Assembly: GCA_030704615.1 (NCBI GenBank)
Contig: CM060734.1
Coordinates: forward strand, 60,822,001 to 60,886,000
Length of the DNA: 64,000 nucleotides
Direction of reading: 5' to 3'
Origin: Takakia lepidozioides
Lineage: Eukaryota; Plantae; Bryophyta
Shown: positions 1-12,417 of the stretch, one piece after another
Position numbering within the stretch: the stretch's first letter is position 1
How the letters are laid out: each line of letters starts with the position of its first letter
The notes under the pieces: model-generated
Seen by the model: only the letters and a program-made list of their open reading frames with translations
Databases searched by the model: none
What the model was told of the DNA's origin: nothing
Translations under genes and position numbers: made by a program

Positions 1-592
1 AAAGACTCACATTCCATAATTGTTTGTCCATTTATAGTTCACTAAACCCTAAACCCTAAGCCCTTAAACATAACTGCATTGTTTGATGGGCATTCTTTAT
101 AGATTAGATACAATCTGTGGTTGGAAAATTTTATTCCCTAAACCCTAAATCATAGGTGGCAAGTCATATGTACCCTTCCCAATATTTTCTTTTCCATTCA
201 TACCGAGTACTATAGTTAGTACCCTCGCAAACTCTATACCCTAAAACCTAATTTCAATGTTTGATGCTTATTTATTTATTACTTCCAATTTTGGGTACGA
301 TCGAAGTGGTGGGGATAATATTTCATGAATTGTTCTACGTATGGGTAAAGACTCAAACTCCATAATTGTTTGTCCATTTACAGTTTTCTAAAACCCTAAA
401 CCCTAAACCAAACTCCACTGTTTGATTCACATTCTTTATAGAAATTTGGATACAATCTGTGTTTGGGATATTTCATTAACAAATTTTCATAGTTGCTAAG
501 TCATCTGTATACTTTTCCATATTTTCTTTTCCATTCATACCAAGTACTATGTTTCAATGTACCCTAGCAAACTCTATAACCTAAAACCTAAT
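1..592. repeat. Degenerate direct duplication (copies start at 1 and 347) containing plant telomere-like CCCTAAA motifs
   Basis: AAAGACTCA..TCCATAATTGTTTGTCCATTTA..AAACCCTAAACCCTAA..CTCTATA.CCTAAAACCTAATT occurs at 1-~253 and again at 347-~592. Confidence 0.75.
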
Positions 593-1399
593 TCCAGCTT
601 GGTTCAATGACTTTATAGCTGAATCTACATGACACTTTTCCAAGCTCAACAATACGACCATGTGGATCGAGAATGAAGGAAATGGGCGAATCTGTTGAGG
701 AGAAGACACTTTGGTGAGAACCAGAGAACCAAAAGAAATGGGTATAATGTGAGAGAGGAACTGCAAAAAGAAAGAAGCAATGCCATCAGAAAAAACTAGG
801 AACTCCGGATGATCACTCGAGGTTCCTGAAACGTTACAGAGATGAGGTCAAGAAAAAAGCTGGTGGCTGGCAAAGAAGGTGGATTAATATTTGAACACGT
901 GAAGAGAAACAAATGGAGAATGGAGGTAAGACATCAGTTTTATTCTTGAAAACATGCCGAGGAGTGAACCTCCACAATATGTCATTGTCAACCTTGTTCT
1001 CCGTCAAAGGTTGCAGTCTTCATTGTCTGACTATTGATTGGCCTCATCCAAATTTGCTCGTGCTTTCTCCGCCTCCACCGCGGTAATTTTCTTAGAGCTA
1101 TTACATGTCGTGTTTTTTCTGGCGGGCATTGTCTAAACGACAGAATTAATGTGAATCCACTGAGGGGGATCATTTGGATTGAACTCCCAAACTTTGGACC
1201 AACGATCTCTGTACCTGTCCAAATCGGAAGGGCTACCTCCTTTCTTGGGTCTCCACCATTCGACGTGAACCTTCTTAAAATTCCTGGATCCTCTGTCGCG
1301 GACCACACGCTAGAAGAAAAACGTGGAATAACCATTATGGTATCCACTCATTTTGAGTGGGAAAAGACACCCAACCATTCTGGCCCCAGAGTGGTCTAG

Positions 1400-1600
1400 A
1401 ACCAGTGGATCTTAACTCAGCAGTGGTTAAAAACATGACGTGTCATAAATGATTAAAGACATTGGTTACAATCACTTGCCTCCAAGTCCAGCTGTTCGCT
1501 TATGTGTCACAGTGGTAAACTAACCACTTATGACATTTCACAGTGGTAAGCCAAGTCACGTCTGACGTGTCACAGTGGTAAACTAACCACTTCAGAACAT
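1400..1600. repeat. Cluster of short CAGTGGT(AAACTAACCACTT) repeats, possibly subterminal repeats of a DNA transposon
   Basis: GTGTCACAGTGGTAAACTAACCACTT occurs twice (~1504 and ~1567), with further CAGTGG/CAGTGGT copies at ~1403, 1422 and 1541. Confidence 0.45.
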
Positions 1601-1870
1601 AGACCACTACTGCCGAATGCGACGTGGACACAACAACTCCGCAATGGACGGACACGTGTCCGTATCCATATGGACACGTGGCCAAATCCAGTTAGACGAT
1701 TATAGGCTCCATTATCTGGACATGTGGCAATATTACAAATGAGCATGTGCCCTATTTTAGGGATGTATTGAAAAATGCAATGACTTCACAAACAACTCTG
1801 TGAGTGAGACTTAAATGACTCTAATAGTCATGATTCGAGAATAAACAATATATATTATCACTGAATGTGT

Positions 1871-3940
1871 TGTTATGGTTTTGTTTGTGATTAATTAGAA
1901 ATAGTTATTTCTAGCTAATTAGAAAATTATACATTTATATTTGTATTTTGTTGGCATTGGGACTTCATTGGTTCCATGTGCCAAGTGAGGTGACGAACCT
2001 CACTTGGGACGTGAAGAGGTAGTACTTGAGATGAAGAGTGGGTGAGGTCTGTATGGTGGAGTCCTTTAGCAAAGGTGCCATTGGCTTGACTTATATAACG
2101 TGATAGAGTGGTTTATCTTTTTTTCACCATTTCCGTATCACTAGAAGAAGACCTGCTTACATCTATTAGTGCAAGGTGTTAGCATAGTTAGCACTTGTGT
2201 GTGGAAGAGAGCTTGATAGATAGCTCTTAAACTACAAGCTATTGCAGGGTTTGCAAGAAGAAAACCTTGTGATGTTTATGTACAAGAGGAGGTCTTCAAG
2301 GAGAGCCCCATTGAAAAGTTTGAGAGCTTGTGAAGAAGCTCTTGTTCTGCAAGTGTTGCAGGGTTTGAGGAGTTCAAGAAGAGCTCGGGTGTTAAGGGAG
2401 CAAGTGGTGCATGTGTGGAGCATGGTTTCAGCTTGTGGGAGTCTTCAACTTCAAGCTTAGGAGAGCTATGAGTGGAGGTAGACATCTGATTTCTATTTGG
2501 GGCAGAATAGTGTATTTGTAGTGCATGCTTTGAGTTGGGGTTTCAATCCCAAGCTTGGGAAAAACATGTCTATGGAAGTGGCAAGTGCAAGGCTGGATTA
2601 GGAGCTTTAAGAGGTGCACTATGGCCATAGAAGGAAGCACTGTGAGTGCATGCGATGGCTAGAAGAGGGTATGCCATAGAAAGCTCAATAGCTTGTTCTA
2701 TGCTTGTTTCAATAAGTTCTATAGAAAAAGAGAGTTTGTTGTGTGGCAAATAGCTTGCTCAGGGAGTTAGAGGCACTCTTGGTGGTCTATTGATGCTCAA
2801 GAAACCAAGAACAACACCTCAGGTTGCTCCATAGAAGCCATAGCTCGTTGCAGCAATCGCAGAGGCAAAGCGGCGCAAAACCTAGCTTGAGAATGTGTGG
2901 GAACGTTTGGGAACGCATGTGATCTCCTTGGGAACTCGAGGGGACGCGTGAGAATGTTTTGGGAACTCCTTGGGAACTTGTGGGAACGCATTATAATGCA
3001 TGGGAACATTGCCCCAGAGTTGGGAACACCACCATTCTCCAATCGGATGAACTATTGAGCCAGTGGATGAAAATCGGCGCTCCTGGATGAGGCTGGGGTG
3101 ATGACCATCATACCATCATTGTTTCTCTTATGGTGAGGCTGGGTTGATGATCAACAGACCATAGGATTGCCTACGGTGGATGCAGGTGCAGGTGCAGGTT
3201 CAGAATATGAACCTAGTATTCCAAACCATAAGCCGCAACAGGTTCTCTACCCGGTTACCTCGTGGAAAGGGGGATTAGAGACAAGCTGATAGCCGGTTTG
3301 AGTCTGAGTTTTCATCACGAAGGTGCCACCAGTTGCTGAGGAGAGTGCCGGTACGAGCACCAGCGATACTAGTGGGTATACAAGACGAGGTGTGCGGTTT
3401 AGGCCACCTTCACCTTCAGTCTCTTCTGAGGAAGGTCAGACTCAAAGTTATGAGGATTCTTACCGAGGGTGTAAGCCATTTCCATGCAATTGTTGTGGGA
3501 TACGATGGAGGAAATGTATGGAGCTACCACGGGATCACGTCGGTAATCGGGAGCTGTGGGCACCAACGAGCTTGATGATTTCATACAAGAGTTTGATAGT
3601 TGATGTGATTTGCAGCAGATGCGCAATCCACAACTGTTTACGCATTTTATGGCGTGGAAGGGGCTGTTTCAGCACCTTGAGGGGCCGCCTATGGATGACT
3701 ACCATGAGTTTAGGCAGGGAAATGAGGTGGAGATTGAGGAGTGGCGACAATATTGGTCACCTGACTATGTCTCCATCACTAAAGGCACAAGGGCAGCGGC
3801 GATACCAGCAGCTACACCAACATCCCCAACTACAAGCACTAGTAGTGGGACAAGTAAAGATGGAGCTGGGAAATCCACCCAAGCTCCTACTGCAGCACCA
3901 ACACCCGTGCCTGCCTTTAACCCAGTTGTGGAGTTCTTAT
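1871..3940 (+). mobile_element. 5' fragment of family A Gypsy-type element (X repeat, leader, start of gag)
   Basis: 1871-2140 matches the X repeats at 5611 and 14792, with an internal deletion. The leader matches 5959-6660 and 8075-8300. The gag peptide (MRNPQLFTHFMAWKGLFQHLEGPPMDDYHEF) matches the 27742 ORF. It is truncated at ~3940. Confidence 0.9.
3323..3940 (+). pseudogene. gag N-terminal region, frameshifted
   Basis: ORFs 3323 and 3610 are homologous to the gag ORFs at 27615 and 27742. Confidence 0.8.
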
Positions 3941-5584
3941 TGGATCGCGATACTTTCATAAAGGCGTTCACTCGTAGCCCACATCTTGCAGCAGCCGGCC
4001 CATCTAGAATGATATATGACAATCTCCGTGACTGTCTCAATCCATAAGACTCTGCTAGTGGTTTCTCCTAGTTGTTCCAAGTTTGTTCTTCCATTGCGAC
4101 TGGGCGTATACCTACCCCTGTAGCATGTTTGCTTGGAGCAGCACGGCTCTTGGCCATGTCCAAGACTACTGGTGGGATTCGGCCTATAGCAGTCGGGGAG
4201 GTTCTGTACCGTTTGGTGAACCGTTCTATTTGCATTCAGTTTCGAGAGGTATTTTCTGCTTACTTCTCTCCCCATCAGATTGGGGTTGCTACCCTAGGAG
4301 GTTGTGAAGCAGTGGTGCATGGGATTCGTGCTTCCCTCGACCTTTATCCCGACTGGATCGTCCTTCAGGTGGATGTCGCCAACGCCTTTCAGGAATTGCG
4401 ACATGCCCGTACTGGAGAGCTTTCAGTTATTCAGTCAGAAGTAGGTACACGTCAGGGTGACCCACTAGGGGGATCTCTCTTTGCCTTTGCACACTTCCGA
4501 GCTCTTCACTCTTCTGCCCAAGCCTTCCCATCCTGTATATTTCCTTCTATTACTGATGATACACACATCACTGGCCCTCCTAGTGATATCCTCTTTGCTT
4601 TCCATCACTTTGCTGATCAACTCCACTCTCTAGGGCTCACTGTTCAACCCCGCAAGTCCACAGTTTGGTCACTCTCTGGTCTGCCTTCAGATATTGTGCC
4701 GCCCACCGACTTTCTAGCACCATCTGAAGGTATTCGAGTGCTAGGTGTTCCTCTTGGCACTATCTCTTACACAACATCTTTCCTTCAAGACGCCTTGCTA
4801 CAGGATACCAGCCATATAGAGCTTATTCCCAAACTAGGGGATATGCAGGTAACCCATGGCATTCTCACCAAATGCTTTCCTTCTTACCTCTTACGTTGTT
4901 TCCCCCCAAGTCCTCAGTTTTTGGAGCTTCTGTCTTCTTTTTATACGACTGTTATGGGGATTTTTGGTCGTCTATTAGGCCCGGGTGCATTTGACAGTGA
5001 GGAGGGTCCCTTGGCATATTGTCAAGCTACCCTCCCCATCTCTTCTGGGGGAGTGGGCTTATTATCCATAGTCGCAACTGCTCCTGCTGCCTTCATGAGT
5101 AGTTGGGCTCTAGTTGCTCCAGCCTTGGCATCTAGGTGTCAACAACGCCCTATCCTCATGGATGTGGTTGCCCATATCGACGATGACTCTTTTCCCTTCT
5201 AGCAACATCTTCATGCAACACGACACCTCCTCCCGATACCAGCACACGCTTATCTGCCACCATTCGAACAATTGATGACTCAAGGCCTGGAGCACTTACA
5301 GGATACCATCATGGAACGCATGCACAGATATTCTTTCCAGCATGCTTTCCGATGCTCCTTCATATACACACCGGGCCAGACATGTTTCTTGTGTTGGGCC
5401 TGGAGCAGGCGCCTGGCTCACGGTACGACCAGCCATAAAATTGTTCCGTATGTCCTCAGTTGTATTTACCACCTCTCTTCTGGTTAGACTTGGTATTCTG
5501 CATCCCTCTGTGTTAGGACTACAGCGGTGTGTATGTCGCCATCCGATCGACCCACTTGGCGTCCATATTTTTCGTTGCCTTTAA
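3941..5584 (+). mobile_element. Non-LTR retrotransposon fragment; RT resembling CRE/RLE-type clades, with a C-terminal CCHC-like motif
   Basis: ORF 4072-5202 has GGIRPIAVGEVLYRL, HQIGVATLGGCEAVVH, LQVDVANAF, GTRQGDPLG, SITDDTHI and GIRVLGVPLG. ORF 5342 has GAGAWL...RLG...CVCRHPIDPLGVHIFRC. Confidence 0.75.
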
Positions 5585-5610
5585 CCAACTGAGCTACTGA
5601 CTGTTGGTTT

Positions 5611-5958
5611 TGTCATGGTTTTGTTTGTGATTAGTTAGAAATAGTTATTTTTAACTAATTAGGGCATTATACATTTATATTTGTATTTTGTTGGCGTTGC
5701 GACTTCATTTGGTTCCATGTGCCAAGTGAAGTAGCGAACCTCACTTGGGACGTGGGGAGGTTATCTCCACGTGAGACGTAGGCAGGCTCGTCTTCTTCTA
5801 GTCGAACCTCCCGAGGCCTCTCTCGCCGCCATAGCTCTAGTTCTTGAGATGGAGAGTGGGTGAGGTCTGTATGGTGGAGTCTTTTAGCAAAGGTGCCATT
5901 GGCTTGACTTATATAACGTGATAGAGTGGTTTCTCCTCTTTTCACCATTTCCATATCA
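5611..5958 (+). repeat. Family A repeat X1 (TG...CA)
   Basis: Close match to 14792-15137; TATA-like TTATATAA at ~5909. Confidence 0.95.
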
Positions 5959-5982
5959 CTAGAAGAAGACCTGCTTACATCT
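5959..5982 (+). promoter_or_regulatory. PBS-position sequence complementary to the inside of X (candidate self-priming site)
   Basis: CTAGAAGAAGAC (5959-5970) is the reverse complement of GTCTTCTTCTAG (5790-5801). Pairing extends imperfectly across a bulge to ~5774. Confidence 0.6.
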
Positions 5983-6610
5983 ATGAGTGCAAGGTGTTAG
6001 CATAGTGTGGAGCATGGTTTCAGCTTGTGAGAGTCTTCAACTTCAAGCTTAGGAGAGCTATGAGTGGAGGTAGACATCTGATTTCTATTTGGGGCAGAAT
6101 AGTGTATTTGTAGAGCATGCTTTGAGTTGGGGTTTCAATCCCAAGCTTGGGAAGAGCATGTCTACGGAAGCGGCAAGTGCAGGACTGGATTATGAGCTTT
6201 AAGAGGTGCACTATGACCATAGAAGGAAGCACTATAAGTGCATACGATGGCTAGAAGAGGGTATGTCATAGAATCTCAATAGCTTGTTATATGCTTGTTT
6301 CAATAAGTTCCATAGAGAAAGAGAGCTTGTTGTGTGATAAATAGCTTGCTTAGGGAGTTACAGGTACTCTTGGTGGTCTATTAAAGCGCAAGAAACCAAG
6401 AACAACACCTCAGGTTGCTCCATAGAAGTCATAGCTCGTTGCAGCAATCGCAGAGGCAAAGTGGCGCACCCTAGTTTGAGAACGTGTGTGAACTCCTTGG
6501 GAATTCAAGGGAACGCGTGAGAACGTTTGGGAACTCCTTGGGAACTCGTGGGAACGTATGGGAACACGTGGGAACATTGTCCCAGAGTTGGGAGCACCAC
6601 CATTGTCCAA

Positions 6611-7030
6611 TCGGATGAACTATTGAGCCAGTGGATGAAAATCGGCTCTCTTGGATGAGAATCAGTTGTAGTGGATGAAATCTCGTCAGTGGATGAACTA
6701 TCGCACTATCGGATGAAAAATCGCGACAACGGATGAAACTGTGTCAGCGGATGAACTATTGCGCTATCGGATGAAAAATCACGGCGACGGATGAAACTGC
6801 GTCAGCGGATGAAATCGTGGCAGCGGATGAACTATCGCGCTATCGGATGAAAGATGGCGGCGACGGATGAAACTGCGTCAGCGGATGAAATCGTGGCAGC
6901 GGATGAACTATCGTGCCATCGGATGAAAAATCGCGGCGATGGATGAAACTGCGCCAGCGGATGAAGTATCGGACCTGCGGATGTGATATCGCAGTTTTGG
7001 ATGAAATTCGGTCAGTGACGGATGAAAAAT
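6611..7030 (+). repeat. Tandem GGATGAA-core minisatellite in the family A leader
   Basis: About 20 GGATGAA units spaced ~19-21 bp apart. Confidence 0.9.
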
Positions 7031-7049
7031 GGACTCATTGTGGATATTT

Positions 7050-7570
7050 TTGGAGCTTTTTGGGGGCTTGTTTGAGGACATTTTGGGGCTATTGAGGCCA
7101 ATATCTTGCAGGTGTTGGGGCCTGCTTTGAGGACTATTTGGGGTCTATTGAAGCCAATATCTTGCAGGCTTGTGGAGCCTGATTGGGGTTGTTTGAAGGA
7201 CTATTTGGGGGTCCTTTGAGGCCAATGTTTGGCAGGCCTGTGGAGCCTTGTGAGGGCTCGTTGGCGGACGATTGGAGGTCCTTGGAGGCCCATATTGTGC
7301 AGGCTTATGGAGTTTTCTAAGAGCTCTTTGGGGGACTATTGGAGGTCCTTGGAGGCCAATACTTGGTAGATTTGAGGAGCTGCTTAAGGGCTGTTGGAGG
7401 TCCTTGGAGGCCAATACTTGGCAAATTTGAGGAGCTTCTTAAGGGCTGTTGGAGGACTGTTGGAGGTCCTTGGAGGCCATATTGGGCAGGCTTGTGGAGC
7501 CATTGTGAGGGCTGGTTGGAGACCTTGGAAGCCACTAATTGGCGAGCGCCTAGGGCCTTTTGGTGGACTG
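7050..7570 (+). repeat. Degenerate tandem repeats (TTGGAGGTCCTTGGAGGCC) in the family A leader
   Basis: Recurring GGAGGTCCTTGGAGGCCAATA..TTG..GCAGGCTTGTGGAGC units. Confidence 0.8.
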
Positions 7571-8299
7571 TTTGGAGTCCAAATTTGCGAACTTCTTGAA
7601 CCTCGGTGGGTCTATGTGAGGGGTTGATTGAGGGCAGATTTCAGAAGTTCATGGCAATAATTTGAGGGCTCTTAAGAGTTATTTGAGAGGCCGTTTAAGG
7701 ATAGTCTTATCTATTGCTTGAGCAAGAGTGAGTATGAAGATATGGGGAGTAATGAGATGAGAGCATTTTGGACTTAGAGATTGCTTTAGCTTCCCTTCTC
7801 TATAGTCTTCCATCATTCTTGTAGGCCAAAGCTTTTCCGTAAGCGGAGGCAGAGCTAGTTTGGATAGAGACTTGGCCATCTTGCAAGTTTATTGAAGCCG
7901 CAAGGAGATCGATGGATTTAAGCTGTGGGAGGTGTTGTTGTTTGAGTTTCCTGTGTTTGGATCATCCTCCCACACATACATGCTTGACTGTACACCATGC
8001 TAGTAGGCGCTTGCTTTTATAGGTGGTTGTGCCGGAACTATGTGGCCGGCCAATCCTAGAGCGTGCTGTCAGTGGTGAGGCTGGGGTGATGACCAGCAGA
8101 CCATCATTGTTTCTCTTATGGTGAGGCTGGGTTGATGACCAGCAGACCATATGAGTGCCTACGGTAGATGCAGGTGCAGGTGCAGGTTCAGAATAGGAAC
8201 CCAGTATTCCTAACCATAAGCCGCAACAGGTTCTCTACCCGGTTACCTCGTAGAAATGGGGATTAGAGACAAGCTGATAGCCGGTTTGAGTGTGAGTTT

Positions 8300-9720
8300 A
8301 CCAAACCCCACCGTGACCACTCGCTCCTCCACCATATTGACCTCTATCCGCTCTGCCAGCAAAAACACGTTTGCTAAGGTGGGTCGGTCCACTTGTAAGA
8401 GAGTTGCATCCCACACCCTTCTCCTCAACTCCTTGTCCAATATCCCATACCAGAATTGGACTGCTTGAGCTTCCGTAACCCCTTGGGTTACATTTATCAA
8501 TCGTCTCATGCGCGTGTAAGCCTCCCTCAAACTCTCAGTAGGCTTGCGCTGGAACTCTTGCAAGCTCCGCAATTTCTCTGTCTTTATCCCCTGGTAGATT
8601 CTCCTCAACCCCTCGAAGAACTCCACAACTGGGTTAAAGGCAGGCATGGGTGCTAGTGCTACAGAAGGAGCTTGAGTGGATTTCCCAGCTCCATCTTTAT
8701 TTGTCCCACTACTAGTGCTTGCAGTTGGGGATGTTGGTGTAGCTGCTGGTATCACCACTGCCCTTGTGCCTCTAGTGATGGAGACATAGTCAGGTGATCA
8801 ATATTGTCGCCACTCCTCAATCTTCACCTCATTTCCCCGCCTAAGCTCATGGCCTGGTCATAGCTTAGGATGCAAGTCATAACAATGGGCCTCTTCATGC
8901 CCATACTTGCCACAATGCCCACACTGTAGTTGTGTAGGTTGTGCCTGTGCCGACCTTTTGGCTCTCTCCGGGCAGCCTCTCTTAACATAGGGTCCTCCAC
9001 AATCCCAACATGTCACACCCGACTGTTGTGACTTGCGCTGGAACTCTTGCAAGCTCCGCAATTTCTCCGTCCTTATCCCCTGGTAGTTTCTCCTCAACTC
9101 CTCGAAGAACTCCACAAACGGGTTAAAGGCAGGCACGGGTGCTGGTGTTGCAGCAGAAGCTTGGGTGGATTTCCCAGCTCCATCTTTACTTGTCCACTAC
9201 TAGTGCTTGCAATTGGGGATGCTGGTGTAGCTGAAGGTGTCGCCGCTGTCTTTGTGCCTCTAGTGATGGAGATATGGTCAGGTGACCAATATTGTTGCCA
9301 CTCCTCAATCTCCACCTCATTTCCCCGCCTAAACTCATGGTAGTCATCCATAGGCGGCCCCTCAAGGTGCTGAAACAACCCATTCCACGTCATAAAAGGC
9401 ATAAACAGTTGTGGATTGCGCATCTGCTACAAATCACTCCAACTATCAAACTTTTGTATGAAATCATCAAGCTCGATGGTGCCCACAGCTCCTGAGTACC
9501 GACGTGGCCTTTTGGTAGCTCCATACATTTCCTCCATTCTATCCCACAACTATTGCACGGAAATGGCTTGCACCCTCGACAAGAATCCTCCTAACTTTGA
9601 GTCTGAACCTTCCTCAGAAGACATTGAAGGTGAAGGTGGCCTAAACCGTACACCTTGTTTTGTATACCCACTAGTATTGCTGGTGCTCGTACCGGCACTC
9701 TCCTCAGCAACTGGTGGCAC
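8300..9720 (-). pseudogene. Inverted and partly duplicated gag segments of family A
   Basis: Minus-strand ORFs 8243-8758, 8858-9136 and 9094-9423 match gag (EKLRSLQEFQRK, AQAVQFWYGILDKELRRRV, CWDCGGP, CGHCGKYGHEEAHC). The flanking element sequence is on the + strand. Confidence 0.85.
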
Positions 9721-10810
9721 TACCCCAACGTGCTCAAGGCAACAAGGGGGCTCAGGTGAAGCCTAGGGAAGGACAGAGAGGATCTCAATTGCAGAGATCA
9801 CTTCCTTCATTCTTAGGCCAACAACAGTCGGGTGTGGCATATTGGGATTGTGGAGGACCCCATGTTAAGAGAGATTGCCTGGAGAGAGGCAAAGGGCTGG
9901 CACAGGCACAGCCTACACAACTACAGTGTGGGCATTGTGGCAAGTATGGGCATGAAGAGGCCCATTGTTATGACTTGCATCCTGAGCTACGGCTAGGCCA
10001 GTTCCAAATGAACAATGGTGGCCGAGGACGAGGCAATGTAGTCCAGAGAGGTAAATGAGGCAGAGGTCGTGGTGGAGGTCGTAACCAAAACCAAGGAGCA
10101 CAAGGTCAAGGTCATGACCAAGGCATGGTGGATAGGCTTGCCCAGCTAGAGTAATGTTTTGCTGCCATGGTCACTACTAATGTGGCGTCAGCTCCAAGGC
10201 CTGAGGTTCAAGCCCCACCTGCACAACCTCCTATGCATAGGGAAGACCAGATTGGTATGGGCTTCATGTGTGGAGCCGCACTTGCAGGACCATTGTATGT
10301 GGACTCTGCAGCTGATGTCACTCGAGCAGCAACGCGTGCTCCTGAGCCAAGAGGAGCGGATGTGGATTTTGATCCACAAAGAGGGGAAGCAAGTCGGCAG
10401 ACAAGGCTTCCACAGTCTTTCACGTTGGCTGAGACAGTGTCAACTACGCCATCGATGGTACCCGTTCGCCCAAGTGTGTCAGAGGTAGAGCCACGAGTGC
10501 CATTGGGGAGAGTTGTTGTGGCTCCGGAAATGCTAGTGGGTGGTGCTGCAAAGCAAGGTGTAGCCAGTACATTGTTGGGGGCAGCTACGGCTGTTTCCCA
10601 AGCTCCATTGTTTTCTGCAATGACCATTGCAATGCTGGGGATTCGGCCAGCTGCTGTGTTCAGACTAGCAGCTAGACTCTGTGAGGGTGGTGATGTATCG
10701 GTACTATCTGCGGGGATAGCGGATAATGTGCAGTGCATGGATGCCCTGGACTCAAGGGTGAAGACAGCCACAGCTGCACCATGGCAAGCGGCAGCTGCAA
10801 GGTTGTAGAA
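9721..10810 (+). pseudogene. gag C-terminus with two zinc knuckles and linker
   Basis: YWDCGGPHVKRDC and CGHCGKYGHEEAHC; homologous to 28478-29660. Confidence 0.85.
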
Positions 10811-10811
10811 A

Positions 10812-11288
10812 TTGCCAGCTAGACCAGCCATTGAGCGTAGTATGGTGACTCATGGGGTAGTCCTGGTGGACAATCAGGATGGTGTGTTTCAGTTGGGTGG
10901 CCCAGCCGGGAAGAGGTATAGGCCACTACGGGTCTTGTTGGACTCGGGAGCACAGCCATTGATGTTGGGAAGAGCAGCAATTGCAGGCTTGGGTCTTACA
11001 GAGGCGGATTTGGAGCCTTGCCCTTTCCAAATTCAAACATTTTTGGGCGGTTCAGAGAAGGCACGAGGGAGTACACATCATGAGCTCTTCATTCGATTGC
11101 AGCCGGATCATCCTACGGACGGCTCAGTCATGAGAGCTAAAGCCATTGTTACGGACGCGATGTCTTATGATGTGCTTGTTGGTGGGCGGTGTTATACCCC
11201 ATGGGATTCACTCTGGACTTTTGGGAGGAAACGACATCCTATAGGCCGGAATGGCAGTCAGGAGATGGCCGACATGCACTGCTCCTAG
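10812..11288 (+). pseudogene. Retropepsin aspartic protease
   Basis: RVLLDSGAQPLML active-site motif and YDVLVG. Confidence 0.85.
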
Positions 11289-11421
11289 TGCGGTTTATTG
11301 GGAATGTAACGGTGGATCATAGGAACATGATGCCCACATTGGCTGCATTTTCAGGGGTGGTGAGCTCTTGGAGGGCAATAGCCATGCAGATGATAGGTCA
11401 TGACCTGATGAGGACAAACAA

Positions 11422-12417
11422 TTGGCATACAAGGCTGATTTGCTTCCTCATGTGTCTGGGCATGTTCCACTGTGGGATACGGTTGGGAATTTGCATCGAG
11501 TAGCAGGCCAGTGTGTGCACCAAGCATGGCGGGAAGCCTTTTCATTGGTGAGTGAGGGGAGTTCAGTGACATCACCTGGACCTTCTGAGTTAGCTCCTTT
11601 GGACACGGTGCCCATTACCTGGCAACCACCTGACTCAGGGATTTGTTTGCTAGACCTGTTTGGAGGTATGAGCACTGGGCTTGCAGGAGTATTGCAAGCA
11701 GGGATTAAAGTACGCAAATACTTATATGTGGAGAAGGATGAGATAGCTCGGCGTATTTCTATGCGCCATATTGCCTTGCTCGCACACCAGTATCCTGAGT
11801 TGTTGCCTTTCTCAGCAATTCAAGGGTATCAAAAGGCCTTGCCAGCAGACATTACCTTGCTGGGAGCGGACGATTTGGACCGGCATGGTTCTATTGACTT
11901 GGTGATAGCCGGATGGCCTTGCCAAGGACACTCTCCCGCACGTCATGGGAATGGCTTGCATGATGCACGATCGCATTTGCGGGACTTGCAGACGAGGCAA
12001 GTGCAACCTCTAGGCTATATATTGGAGAATGTTCCTCTTATGGGGGATTCTTGGGCCAGGGTAATGGCCAGTGTGCATCAGGTGCGGTCTTGGATTGGAT
12101 CGGCGGTGTTATTGGATGCAGCAACGGTGGGATTACGCGCGCATCGACCTCGATTGTGGCGGACCAATCTTGCACCACCAGAACTGCTCAAGAGAGCATA
12201 CGATTCCATTCAATGGCCACCCAATCTCATGGTTGAAGGCATTTTGGACCAAGGGAGGCAATCACAGAGAGTGCGACATGATGATCGTCCACCTCTAGCA
12301 GTGGTCAATCGAGTGAGGCAGCCACATGCGGCCTTGCCTACGCTCATGAGCTTTCCCTCGTCTCATGTTTTTCGAGACAATGGTCCTGGATTGATTTGGG
12401 ACAGTGTGCTGCAGCTA
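11422..12417 (+). pseudogene. DNMT3-like C5 cytosine methyltransferase domain in pol (3'-truncated)
   Basis: Motif I LLDLFGGMSTG, motif II YLYVEKD, motif IV DLVIAGWPCQGHS, motif VI YILENVP and motif VIII AHRPRLWRTN. Confidence 0.9.

Noticed and set aside
40-420. True telomere
   Set aside because: Only 2-3 consecutive CCCTAAA units, embedded in a longer repeat.
6611-7030. CRISPR-like array
   Set aside because: The repeat core is only 7-8 bp, the spacers are themselves repetitive, the context is eukaryotic and there are no cas genes.
10208-10831. Long antisense ORFs opposite gag/pol (also 29273-29764)
   Set aside because: Shadow frames of GC-rich coding sequence with no independent motifs.
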